A DNA stretch of 28,840 nt from Octopus sinensis (GCF_006345805.1 NW_021833486.1:1-28840); one strand, 5' to 3'. Positions 10,790 to 22,880 are shown, numbered from the stretch's first letter. Program-made: numbers and translations. The notes: generated by a model from the sequence alone, not told the origin.

Positions 10790-11840
10790 GATGGCCTGCC
10801 AACTTTTGTTATTTCAGATTGAAGGGAGCAATTGTAGCTGTGCTTAGATCACAGCCTGCAATCACAGCTGGCAAGTTTGCAGAATACAGTCAGGACGTGA
10901 AGACAAGCTGGAAGCTTCCTATGTAATAAAATTTTGTGTCAAACAGAGCAAAAATTCTACAGAAACTTAGGAAATGCCCCAAAGTATTTATGGATTAATT
11001 TTGACGCTAGCTTAAGAGGTTCAAAGATGCTAGAGAGGGGGAGTGGAAGAGAGAGGGACGTCCTAACTTCCAAGCTGGATGAGAAAATTTGTAATCTTCT
11101 TGATATATGTATATACTTGTACTTGTGGCGACATTCACCCTGGGCGGGTTGAGTCGGCTTCTTCTAGCACCCTCGAGCCATCGACGAAGTTCATGGAAGA
11201 AGTTTCGTGGGAATATGTGGATTTCACAAGAGGTCCCCAACAATCCCGCATGTGGAGACATCCTGTTTGCCGCAGATTGTCCGCAGACGCAGGGACAGAA
11301 CGACCGATGAGCCACCGGTTGCCGAAGCAGACACTCCGAGGATTTTCACCAGAGCCCCGTCTGCTGGGTTGTGGCCCTAATACGACTCGGTGTCAGACCA
11401 ATCCGCCTTGGGTGGCCCTACCAGGAACCGAAGTTCCTGACGGCATAGCTCTGACACTACCCGTTGCCAGCGTCCTCAGCACGGTGAGGAGGGGATGGAC
11501 TTTGGGGACGCAAAGTCTTGATGAAGACCGTCGTGTATCTATAAAGAAAATAAGCAAACAGTTTGGCCTTGGCGTGGCAACTAAGCACACCATCATGAAA
11601 ATCCGAACATGTCCAAAATTTGGGCAAAGTTTGTTCGCAGGGTGCTCAGGGATGAGCGTCCTGGTAACCAACTATTTGACACAAAAGGGCATCAAAAGTG
11701 TCCCTTATCCTCCTTACAATTCAGACCTTGCTCTTTGTGACTTTTGGTTGTTTCCCAAGGGGACAGTGGCTTTAAAGATATAAAGGCGGCTGTGACGAAG
11801 GTCTTAGGCACTTTCACTTAGAAGGACTTCCATGGTAGGG
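10790..11840 (+). pseudogene. Mariner (DD34D-type) transposase remnant, internally deleted and interrupted by an insertion
   Basis: KLEASYVIKFCVKQSKNSTET*EM (N-terminal HTH region); ICNLLD|EDRRVSIKKIS; KFVRRVLRD; YPPYNSDLALCDFWLFPK (YSPDLAPxDF motif); KDFHG. Confidence 0.85.
11105..11515 (+). mobile_element. 411-bp GC-rich insertion, probably derived from an RTE 5' UTR
   Basis: 7-bp TSD tcttgat at 11098-11104 and 11516-11522 splits the mariner frame. The ggtggccctaccaggaacc...ggcatagctct segment recalls RTE 5' UTRs (from memory). Confidence 0.55.
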
Positions 11841-12035
11841 GCATTACAACACATACACACACATACATACACACTTATGTAATACATACATGTATATGTG
11901 ATACATCCATCCATCCATCCATCCATCCATCCATCCATCCATTCATCCATCCATCCAACCATCCATCCATGCATGCATACATACATACATACATACATAT
12001 TTACATACATACATGCATACATATATATATATATA

Positions 12036-12500
12036 TATATTGTTGCATTTCGGAATGGTCATTTTGCCAGTTTAGCCAATAAAAACACACGCACTATATA
12101 TTTGGTGTTACTTTGCTTCAGCGTTATTTATTTTTTACATTAATCTTAATCTTATTTCGGCCAGAGTTCTTTCGCCACACTCCTGTGACCTCATCAGTGG
12201 TCCTTTGCTTTCTTCTTCCTTATTTGTGTGTCTCTCCTTACAAACGGTCAGCCATTTTGTATTTTGTATTTCTATTGTATGTGTCTTCATTTGTGCATGC
12301 GTATACCTCTATGTGATGCGGTCACAGGAGTGTGACGAAAGAACTCTGGCCGAAATAAGACTAAGATTAATGTAAAAAATAAATAACGCTGAAGCAAAGT
12401 AATACCAAATATATAGTGCGTGTGTTTTTATTGGTAAACTGGCAAAATGACCATTCCTAAATACAACAATATATGTTTCAACACACGATTTCACATCAAT
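12036..12500. mobile_element. Fold-back element with ~160-bp inverted arms; Penelope-like pseudo-LTR architecture
   Basis: 12036-12196 is the reverse complement of 12314-12474. Flanked by (TA)n, with a related copy at 27790-28260. Confidence 0.75.
12159..12203 (-). ncRNA. Minimal type I hammerhead ribozyme motif
   Basis: ggacca CUGAUGA g gucac-aggagu-guggc GAA AGAACU C uggcc. One extra nt after A9 and a very short stem III. Confidence 0.55.
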
Positions 12501-12508
12501 ATATATCT

Positions 12509-12540
<32 letters not shown>

Positions 12541-12559
12541 ATATATATATATATATAAT

Positions 12560-12605
<46 letters not shown>

Positions 12606-12658
12606 ATATCTATATATATATCTATCTATCTATCTATCTATCTATATATATAATTATA

Positions 12659-12699
<41 letters not shown>

Positions 12700-12701
<2 letters not shown>

Positions 12702-15178
12702 TATTTGAGACAAAACACTATTTTGCAAAACAAACAAGGAAAGACTTATCAATACATAAAATTTAATAAATAGTCAAAAAAAAACGCCACTACAATCGTT
12801 TCTTGTCTTGATCGACAATCTTCAGGTGGACTTCCAATCTAAAAAATCAAAATTTTAAAATATAAATAATACTTTTAAATAATTAAAGTATAATGAAAAA
12901 AAATAAGTATATAATCCAATAATAACCTATATATAATCCATATCGAAAATATAGACTAATTACCACGAATTCCCTAAAAAACCATGATAAAACAAAACTC
13001 TTAAAAACATATAACGATAAAATCTCCTTTGCTAAACTCTATAACAAACCTATAAGTAAACCCCCTAACCTAAACATTCACACACAAATACACACACGTA
13101 AACCACAGACTCACGACTTATACACATACCTATACTACTTATAAACCTCAATATACACCCAAACCCACTCCCTCCCCCACAGACAAATTAACACATACAT
13201 CCCAAACCTAAATAACAAACCCATATACACATTCACACACAAACACACACTCACACGCAAAACACTCACACACAAAAGATACATATACTACTCCCTCACA
13301 TATACGCCTATACATACTCACTAAACTCTACATATACACCATACTTACACACCCACAAAAAACATTATATACATTTATGAGCTTTAACTCACCTTAGCAT
13401 CTCTAACAAACAACTTGCAGTAACCCAATCCCATTCTCTATGCCTACCTCACTACTACACACTATTCCATTCACATTCCAAGCAACGCTAGTCCACCACC
13501 CGGTTATTCACGTGGCAAAACGAACACCACTCAAAATTATGAATGAAACAATGTAAAAAAATACCAACACCTAAAATAGACAAAATACCACGAATTACCT
13601 AAAAAACCATGATAAACCAAAACTCATAAAAAGCATATAACGATAAAATCTCCCTTGCTAAACCCTATAACAAACTTATATAGCAATCCCCCTAACCTAA
13701 ACATTCACACACAAAAAACTCACACGTAAACCACAGACCCAAGACTTATACACAAACCTATACTAACTTATAAACCTCAATATACACCAAAAACCACTCC
13801 ACCTCCCCACACAGACAAATTAACACATACATCCCAAATCCTAAATAACAAACCCATATACATTCACACACAAACACACACACACGCAAAACACACACAC
13901 ACCAACAGATACATATGCTCCCTCACATATACGCATATACATACTCACTAAAACTCGATATATACAACAATATTTACACACCCACACTCATACAGATAAA
14001 TAAATTAATTATACAATTAAAAACTCACAACCAATCTCATATACATAAACACTCTTATGAAAACAACAATAAATACATCGTAATTAACCAGAATATCAAA
14101 AATAACATTATGACATAAGGATAAATCAAATACATACTTACAATTCAGTTACAAATTATGAAGTGAAATTAGATTCTTAGCCGTTAAAAAACCAAACAAA
14201 ATTACGTTACCATGGAAATAACTAATGTAAAAAAAGATACGCGCCATAGAAAGTAAACGTCATTCATAGTATGAATGGAGAAATATAATAATGGAACTAA
14301 AAACTATTTCCACGTAGCAAACCAACGCTACTTAAAAAAATTTATTATGAATGGATTCTTTAAAAACTATCATGAAAAATCAATTATATACATTTATGAG
14401 CTTTAGCTCACCCTAGCAACTCTAACAAACAACTTACAGTAACCCATACTCATTGCCTACCTCATTACCACCCTAATCCATTCACAATTCCAAGCAACAC
14501 TAGTCCACACCCCGGTACAATTCCCAATCTACCCATTCATTCAATTTCAATTCAACGACGTTCCCTTCAACAACTCTACATATAAGCCTCAACATATACA
14601 CCGGAGATACACTTACACATCCGTGCGGATGGGTGAGAGTATACATTAAGTGTAGTGATGGGCTCCCATTTCTAAACACATTTGTACCTGTGTGGTAGTC
14701 TCCATGTGTATATTCACGCACGGGTATAAATACAGGGGGTACAACTTCACTTCATTTACGTGTACCCCTCACATGTACATATGCATACTATTTTGGCTCG
14801 ATATATGCAACAATGTAATCGCGCCCGTAGTGTGAGCATTCACTGGTTGTGCAATTCACCCATCTGGGTGTGATTGTGTGTAAACTTATCACTGTGGAGG
14901 TCGAGCTTGATACGTATATATTAGTGGTATTAGGGGTTTGTACGTACTAATTATGTTCATGTGCTTCACGCACTTGCGTCCATGTATGGAAGAATATATT
15001 GGGATTACTATGTAGGTGTAAATAGGGTATGGGGGAGTTTTGTCATTGTATGGGTGTGGGTTTCATTTGTGATGGTGGTTAGTTGGTGATTATTAGTATG
15101 TTCTGTATATTAGGGCTAGTATGTATTATTCAAGTGTGTATAATTGTATACATATAATTGGTGTGAATGGGATTACTC

Positions 15179-15217
<39 letters not shown>

Positions 15218-15940
15218 TTATTATTTTTTAGGGGATGTATGTGTTTATTTATCCATGTGGGGCTGGAGTGGCCGTTAGGTGCATATGCTGAGGCTCACAT
15301 GCAAACCCAAGTACAACGAATGAAGTGGGCACTTATAATTGTTATGGGTGTGTACTTTATTATAAAAGACAATACCCAAATAAAATCTGTCAATTCAACA
15401 TACAAATAAAAAACAAAAAACAAAGGGATCTTAAACATTCACACATACATACAAAACTCAATAAAAACACCACTAAATAACACCCAAAAACATATAAATA
15501 TATCCTCAAAATACATATAAACAAATGCAAAATAAAAATACATAATAAAATAAAAATAAAAATAAAATAAATAAAAATAAAAATAAAAATAAAAAATAAA
15601 AAAATCTAATATAAATTATTAAAGTTTTAACGTATCATAAACTGCTAATTAATATACATAAAAATGAACTAATTAAAACAAAGAAATATCAATAAAGACT
15701 AACTATAATTAAATCCTAGACAACATAACCAAAAATATCATCATCTAAACTAATTTAAACTAAACTAAAATAACTAAAAGGGAACTATTATTGCTATTTA
15801 TCATGAACTTATTATATAAGTAAAGTAACTTGTGTCTACATTTTATTTTGCGCCTCCCCAGTATTAAGTAAATTATCATACTTATAAAAAAAATTTCTTT
15901 AAACTCATTAGAGCATAAATAACAACAATTAGCTCTATAT
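12700..15940. mobile_element. ~3.2-kb strand-skewed element with a terminal hammerhead and internal duplications; putative decayed Penelope-like element
   Basis: HHR at 12787-12829. 12950-13360 is repeated at 13575-13988, and 13364-13504 at 14383-14517. Bounded by TA tracts. No RT or GIY-YIG frame recognised. Confidence 0.45.
12787..12829 (-). ncRNA. Type I hammerhead ribozyme motif with intact catalytic core
   Basis: ccac CUGAAGA uuguc-gaucaa-gacaa GAA ACGAUUGU A gugg. 4-bp stem I, 5-bp stem II, near-palindromic stem III, GUA cleavage triplet. Confidence 0.75.
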
Positions 15941-16091
15941 TATTGATTTATATATATGTATATACATATATACAAATATTTCTTAAAACATGTCCCTGTT
16001 ATGTTGTCTTTTTTCTGTCTCTGTCAATTAAATTTAATTTTCAATATATATATATGTACATGTGTGTGCGTGTGTGTGTATGTGTGTGTGT

Positions 16092-16596
16092 TGGCAACCT
16101 TTTTGTCTCGGGAGACAATGGAGTTGCGCATAAAATAATCTAGTCCGGCTTTTACATTTCATGTCCTAATACATCTCCTGCTGTGGCTGTGTAGTCCTTT
16201 CCTGGACAAACACTCCCTCTGGCAGGTGCCGCAAATGTAGCGAAGACTTTGCCTGGCTGGTTGTAATGTCATAGTTTCTTGTTGACGTCTTTTCTTGTCT
16301 TTCCATTTCTCCTCTCTCTCTCTGTCACTCCTTTGTGTTCCCTCTTTTACGGTACATCGCCAATCTCCACGGTTGCTGGCAACTGCTTCGCAGTTGCTAA
16401 TATTGATGTCGGAGGCCTTCATGTTCCTTTTGCAAACATTCTTGTATCGTAAGAACGGTCTTCCTACAGACCTGGTGCCCCTAGCAAGGTCTCCGTAGAG
16501 TACATCTTTGGGGATTCTGCCATCTTCCATGCGGCTAGCATCTCCAAGCCATCTCATACGTCTTTGTGTGAGGAGTACAAACATGTTTGGTATTCT
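16092..16596 (-). mobile_element. RTE-clade (BovB-like) LINE 3' fragment
   Basis: [49 protein letters not shown]...[21 protein letters not shown], with a 3' UTR hairpin ttgtctcccgagacaa. Confidence 0.9.
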
Positions 16597-16801
16597 GTAT
16601 GTATGTATGTATGTATGTATGTATGTATGTATGTATGTATGTATGTATGTATGTATGTAGGTATGTATGTATGTATGTATAGATGTATGTATGTATGTAT
16701 GTATATATATATATATATATATATGCATATATATATAATATACATTTATATATACATATATATATGTACATATATATGTATATATATTTGTATATATATA
16801 C

Positions 16802-16846
<45 letters not shown>

Positions 16847-16880
16847 ATATATAAATATATACATACATACATCTATACAT

Positions 16881-16936
<56 letters not shown>

Positions 16937-16995
16937 ATATATATATATATATAATATATATATATATATATAGTATATATACGTACATATATATA
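16597..16995. repeat. Compound (TATG)n/(TA)n microsatellite
   Basis: Direct inspection. Confidence 0.95.
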
Positions 16996-17384
16996 AAATT
17001 CATTTCAGCCATGTCACCACACACGTGCCTCTCTTCAGCTTTTCTCTCTTCTCTCCTAACCTTCAGCTATCCTCTTTCTGACAATTTCCATGCTCGAAAT
17101 ATGATATACTCATACTTTTTCCTATCCTATACTGACCATCAACCTAATACATTTCATATGTGCGTCCTTTTCACTTTTGTTTCATTTTATTTTTAATTTT
17201 CAATTTGCCTCTCTCTCTCTCTCTCTCTCTATCTCTCTTTCTCTCTCTCTTTGTTTCTTTATATGGGATAAATTATCTTGGTGTATACCGTAGTATCACA
17301 CAAAATGGTATAGATACCGGCTATCCACAACGGTCCAGTTACATAGTATTCAGAACTGCAAATATTCCGTAGAGTATATAACTG

Positions 17385-17886
17385 AAAACCAAGACGCGAG
17401 TGGAGATTTATTCACATCCAAAACTTATTAAAATGTTTTCTACAGCATATAATATAACAATGACCAGCATATGTTTCTACTGCAGCAACTGCACATTGCT
17501 CTGTATGCATTTATGCATCCTAGTCGCTGCAGTTTCATCAAGGGTCCATCACTTACGATGTTTTCAAAGTAAACTAATCCAAATAAGCTTCCTGCTTGTT
17601 ATATAGGCTGTAGAATACTTTTTGATAAAAAAAGTTTCGGATGTGAATAAATCTCCACCCTTCTCTTGGTTTTTAAATGTGACCACGTGTGTATCGTTGG
17701 CGATTTTTTCCTTCGTCTTCCCTTCTTTGGATCTTTCCTTTTCCTATGTTTCTGACGAAGAGCTCCGCTCAAAACGTTAAATCCTCCTTCTTTCTTTCCT
17801 TTCCTGAGCATCCAATAACACTATACCTGTTCCACGTCCTCGCGTTGTTGTGTTTTCTCTTTGTGTTTTCATGTTTGGATTAGCTT
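17385..17886 (+). mobile_element. Penelope-like terminal fragment with a partial inverted copy
   Basis: 17385-17460 is the reverse complement of 17596-17673. HHR remnant at 17749-17781; ends in (TA)n. Confidence 0.55.
17749..17781 (+). ncRNA. Degenerate minimal hammerhead motif (G12A)
   Basis: uuu CUGACGA a gagc-ucc-gcuc AAA ACGU U aaa. The conserved GAAA reads AAAA. Confidence 0.5.
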
Positions 17887-18913
17887 TATATATATATGAG
17901 TATACATAGACACACACACATGTTTATATAAATATATATTTAATGAAACTACAGCACAAAAGGATGACAAAGGAATGTATCGTAAAGCAGGATAATAACA
18001 AACAAATTCAATAGATGCTGACATGCTCAACCCCTCATCAGTTACCGACCAAACATCATCATAATTTCGCGACCTTCCAGCAACATTGCCCAAATTAGCG
18101 GATAGATAAGAGGAGAGTAGCAGAAAAAATAATAAGTGACACGGATACATATTCGTACACACACACATACGCACACACACACACACACACACACGCACAC
18201 ACACACACATACATTCAGTGGTAGTTTTGATCAGAAATAACCAGCTTAATTCACTTTGCAAGTTTGTATTTTTTATGCTGTTTCTAACTTTTTATGCTCC
18301 GTCCTGAAGTAGAACGCCCACTAACTTGACAAACACTAGTCTAGTTTAGTCTCTAATTAGTTCTGATCCATCAGATCTATGATCAAAAACCTTCCCACCG
18401 TGACAATCCCTTTGTATTAGTGAAGTATTAAATAAGCTGTACAAGTTTAAACGTGTGTTGTTGTTGGTGTATGAAAATAAAATCGCTTTAAAATGATATA
18501 ATTGAAAGAGCTCATCTCCAAGGAGATGAATTAAGAGGTTAGTGTAAACATATTTAATGTGGGGGACATGAAAATTCTAGCTAGAGATAATTATCTGGAA
18601 AGGATGTAAAAACAATATGTATTAGTGCGACCAACTAATTAAAAAGTTTTTCTCGCAATCATATACTCTCGAGTTCAATTCTGTTTCGTAGCATCTTAGG
18701 GAACACTTCTTCTGGCATGGCTTCAGATTTACCAATGCCTTGTGATAGAAATTTGGTAAATGGAAATCAGGAAATCAATAGACGGAACTAAATTTTTAAA
18801 TGTTCCACTCGTTGAATATGAATATGATAATTAAAAGAATTAGCAGTTGCCGGTATGCGTGGAAGATCATCATTGTCATCGTTATCATTTAACGTTCACC
18901 TTTTTATTCTTAA

Positions 18914-19302
18914 CTAGCAGTATCGCCCGGCGTTGCTCGGGTTTGTTCCGACCCTTTAGAATTGGAATTTTTGAAAAGTAAAACTTGTGCATTATGTAGC
19001 TTGTTATTATCTTTAACTGAACATTTTTCTGATTGAAATACACCGAAAATTGGCGACACAGCAGTCAAAACGTCGTAAAAAATAGGGCTTTTCATAGAAA
19101 AAGAGTATCTTTTTGATGTAAATAATTTTTGGTGTTAACATGGTCCGATTTGAATTTTTTCCTCTACGGAAGGAAGAGCAAGCCTTCTATCATACTCTCA
19201 ATTTTGGTCAACTTGCGCCGCAGGGTCTCGGAGGAGATAGTGTTTGTTGAAGGCTACCAAACCTGCCATACACAGACAACTTCAGCTTTATATAGAGAGA
19301 GA
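18914..19302 (-). mobile_element. Non-autonomous Helitron-like element (389 bp)
   Basis: Minus strand has A|TCTCTCTCTATA at the 5' end, and hairpin cccg-agcaacgc-cggg followed by CTAG|T at the 3' end. Confidence 0.75.
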
Positions 19303-19572
19303 TTGTTTCAGATTGTATTTGTCGAGGCAGATTTGCTATGACTGAATGTCTATCCTGTTGCCAATCCTTATCTGTTTCCAAATTAGGCGATATTCCCTTA
19401 TAGTTAGATATAATTTTTTTCTCCCACAAAAGAAGAGAAACGAACAACATCGCTAGTATAACGGTGATGCTAATTTACAACCAACACGTGATAAGACAAG
19501 GGTATACACAGTAAGACACACATGCATATACACATGTATTCATATGTATATATATGTATATGTGTGTGTGTG

Positions 19573-19620
<48 letters not shown>

Positions 19621-19669
19621 GGTATGTATGTATATATATGTATAAATGTATATATATGTAAATATGTAA

Positions 19670-19744
<75 letters not shown>

Positions 19745-20050
19745 CGAAGGGATAAACAGATTCACCATGGAGTACGAAAAGTACAGGAAACTAAGGGAAG
19801 TGAAGTCAACCTCTCTCCGCTGAAGACGGAGGCCGGATTTATAGTAATGCTTATATGCATCCATTATTGGTTGCATATCATCGCACACTCTATCTGCCAA
19901 CATCACAACTGTTACATAATTCAGAGCTCCTAGAAACACGTGTCGGACCTGAAATATCATGCCTTGTCCCTTTACTTTTCTGTATTGTTTATATTCCATG
20001 TAAATCTGATCTATATACAGATTGCGTAAGATATTTGAGGACAGATTATA
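19745..20050 (+). mobile_element. TA-adjacent repeat fragment with a split hammerhead-like signature
   Basis: CTGAAGA at 19820-19826 and GAAACACGTGTC|GGA at 19933-19947. Confidence 0.35.
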
Positions 20051-20064
20051 AAAAAAAAGATATA

Positions 20065-20960
20065 TATTAGATAGTAACTTTATTTATCAAAAATGCTATG
20101 AGGATAAAAATAAACCTTCTTTTCTACAATGTTATTCAATAAAGCTACCTTCAGCTTCAACAACTGCTTCTATATGAGATCTAAATCATCTACATGCTCA
20201 AATCAAGTGGTCCTGGTTCATTTTGGACATTACTCTGAGTATGGCAGTTTTCAAAGAGTCTTTGGTGTTATGGGCGTGTCCATTGACCTCTCTCTCTCAA
20301 CAACGCTCCACATATAACAGTCCAATGGATTGAGATCTGGGGAGTTAGTAGGCAAAATGTTAGGGGTTATGTGGTCATGAAAATTTTCAGCCACCCCTTC
20401 CTGTGTTACTAGAGCCATGTGTGAAAGTGCAGAATCTTACTGAAACACATATGGCCTTCCATTGCATACATTGTCTATCCAGGGCTTAACAATTATTTCC
20501 AGGACCTCAATGTAGACAGCAGAGTTAACACTAATGAGTTAACACGTCCTTCATTGCTGACAACTCCTAAAACCATGACAGCTGCCGAAAATTTTGTATG
20601 CATAACACTTGGAACTTCAGAAGGGTCTGCACATAACCATGTCATTTCTTCTGTTAACTTTTTGGTTTTGGTCAAAGTTTTTCTCGTTTGAGAAAAACCA
20701 AGTCTTCTGCTGGACTTTTCAGTTTGTTTATGAACCTTTTAGCTCTGAGGTAATGATTTTCTTTAGCTTTTTCTGACAAATTGACCTTTCCTCATCATAT
20801 AAGACTTATCTGATGTCTTCGCGGACAACATTTCTGACTGTTCCTTCCTACACATGGAGGTCTTTTGCAATTTACCTCATGGACTTTCTGGGATTGTAAT
20901 CAATGGCCTGTTGAACTTGCTGGATAAATTCAGGTATTCTGGTGGTTCCAGAGCATTTAG
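20065..20960 (-). pseudogene. DD37D (maT-type, Tc1/mariner superfamily) transposase remnant
   Basis: FSNEKNF (first Asp mutated); FQ*DSA (D at 20434-20436) and SPDLNPLD (D at 20320-20322) are separated by exactly 37 codons; C-terminus ...EAEGSFIE*. Multiple stops and frameshifts. Confidence 0.9.
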
Positions 20961-20969
20961 AATGCTTTT

Positions 20970-21062
20970 TATGCTCTTATACTCTTTTACTTGTTTCAGT
21001 CATTTGACTGCGGCCATGCTGGAGCACTGCCTTTAGTCGAGCAAATCGACTCCAGTACTTAT

Positions 21063-21064
<2 letters not shown>
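20970..21064 (-). mobile_element. SINE family B 3' tail fragment
   Basis: Reverse complement of gtcgatttgctcgactaaaggc...gcatggccgcagtcaaatgactgaaacaagtaaaagagt. Confidence 0.8.
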
Positions 21065-21103
<39 letters not shown>

Positions 21104-21205
21104 TATCTATCTATCTATCGATCTATCCATCATCTATATCATCTATCTATCTATCTACCATCTATCTATCTATCTATCTATCTTCTATCTATCTATCTAT
21201 CTATC

Positions 21206-21238
<33 letters not shown>

Positions 21239-21255
21239 GTATGCAGTATGTATCT

Positions 21256-21301
<46 letters not shown>

Positions 21302-21470
21302 TATGTATATATACATATGTATGTGTATGTATGTATACATATATGCTTCTGTATGTATGTATATATATATATATATGTGTGTGTGTGTATATATATATGT
21401 GTGTATGTGTGTGTATGGGCAATATGGGCATCAATGTATGTGTGTACGTATGTATATATGTGTGTATGTT
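21063..21470. repeat. Compound (TCTA)n/(TA)n/(TG)n microsatellite
   Basis: Direct inspection. Confidence 0.95.
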
Positions 21471-21639
21471 TGCTTATGGGTGCAAGTATGAAAATATGCC
21501 AGTTTCCATTTGTTATCTAAAATTTTCGAAAAAGTTGAAAAATATCAATTTTTCCCCCATTGATTCAGTCAAAAAGAGTTGATAAAAAAATATGACGGTC
21601 TTCATTCTGAAGGAAACAATAACCACAGCAAAGGTATCA

Positions 21640-21668
21640 TGATCATCATCATCACCATCACCACCACT

Positions 21669-21723
<55 letters not shown>

Positions 21724-21793
21724 CCATCACCACCACCATCATCATCATCACCATCATCATCATCACCACCATCATCATCATCATCATCACCAC

Positions 21794-21827
<34 letters not shown>

Positions 21828-22880
21828 TTCCTCCTCCTCCTTTTGTTTTTGTCCCTGCTCCTCCTCCTCCTGCCCCTCCAGACCCCTGCTGCTGCTGCTG
21901 CTGCTACACCTCCTCCCCTTCCTACTGCACCTCCTGCTCCTGCTACTCCTTCTGTTCCCCCTGTTCCTCTCCCTCCTCCTTCTCCCTCCTCCTCATCTTC
22001 ATCCTCATCATCATCAACCAGAACAACAATAATATTAAATGCAGCAACAATAACATGTTCGTTATCGACATCAACTGCATAAAGTTCGTCAACAGCAACA
22101 TCAGCAACAAGCGCCGCAGCAGAGGCAACAGCAGCAGAGGCAGCAGCAAAGGCACAGCTTCAGCAGCAGCAGCAACAGTGGAGGTGCAATGACCCAGTGG
22201 TTAGGGCAGCGGACTCGCGGTCGGAGGATCGCGGTTTCGATTCCCAGACCGGGCGTTGTGTATGTTTATTGAGCGAAAACACCTAAAGCTCCACGAGGCT
22301 CCGGCAGGGGGTTGTGGTGACCCCTGTTGTACTCTTTCGCCCCAACTTTCTCTCACTCTTTCTTCCTGTTTCTTGTCCCCGACTTCCTACGCAACCGCTG
22401 AGCCTGGATGCGCATTCATCCATCCGTCGATGCTCTCGGTGTCGGGGGTTGACCTGTTTTCTCTTCTACGGGTCTTACGAATAGCAAAGGACCACGTTTC
22501 GGACTTCTCCCATCTTGCAAGCTCTGGCACGAAGACCGTTCGCTCGCTCAACAGCAGCAGCAGAAACAGAGGATGTAGCAGCAGCAACAATTGCAGCAAC
22601 AACTTCATCAGGAACATGAACATGAATACCAGCAACAACAACAGCCTCTGTGACATCAGAATAATGCTCGTGGCAACATTGAGGAGAGGAGGAGAAGCAT
22701 CCACAACAGTAGTGGCATAGCTATTTACAACAGCAACAGCAGCGAAAACAACACCTACAGCAACGACATCAACTACAAAGACAAGATCAGCCGCATCAGC
22801 AACAACAGCAACAACAACAACAACAGCATCCAGCGGCATCTGCAAGAACATCAACATTAATAGCAATAGCAACAACGATA
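21640..22880. repeat. Trinucleotide low-complexity field: (CAT)n, (CCT)n, (CAG/CAA)n, interrupted by a SINE
   Basis: Direct inspection. Confidence 0.9.
22178..22551 (+). mobile_element. SINE family A, tail type 2
   Basis: Same head and core as 7357 and 25367. Inserted in a (CAG)n tract with an approximate TSD. Confidence 0.8.

Noticed and set aside
11079-11783. Longest clean ORF (234 aa), possible novel gene
   Set aside because: It is chimeric: it starts out of frame in the mariner remnant, runs through the GC-rich insert, then joins the mariner frame. The insert plus TSD adds 418 nt, not a multiple of 3, so this is most likely a chance open frame.
15166-15214. Hairpin plus T run resembling a rho-independent terminator
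   Set aside because: Eukaryotic context and a short 7-bp stem; more likely a poly(A) remnant on the minus strand or a homopolymer artefact.
16998-17045. Minus-strand CUGAAGA...GAAA motif next to a TA tract
   Set aside because: Stem II needs a bulge plus two extra nucleotides, and stems I and III are missing. At best a decayed remnant.
18025-18050. Minus-strand CUGAUGA (also at about 1862 and 22607)
   Set aside because: No paired stem II and GAAA follow.
21579-22875. Poly-Ile/Pro/Ser and poly-Gln-like ORFs as an exon of a low-complexity protein
   Set aside because: No recognisable domain, several repeat types are mixed, a SINE interrupts the stretch, and I found no convincing splice context.
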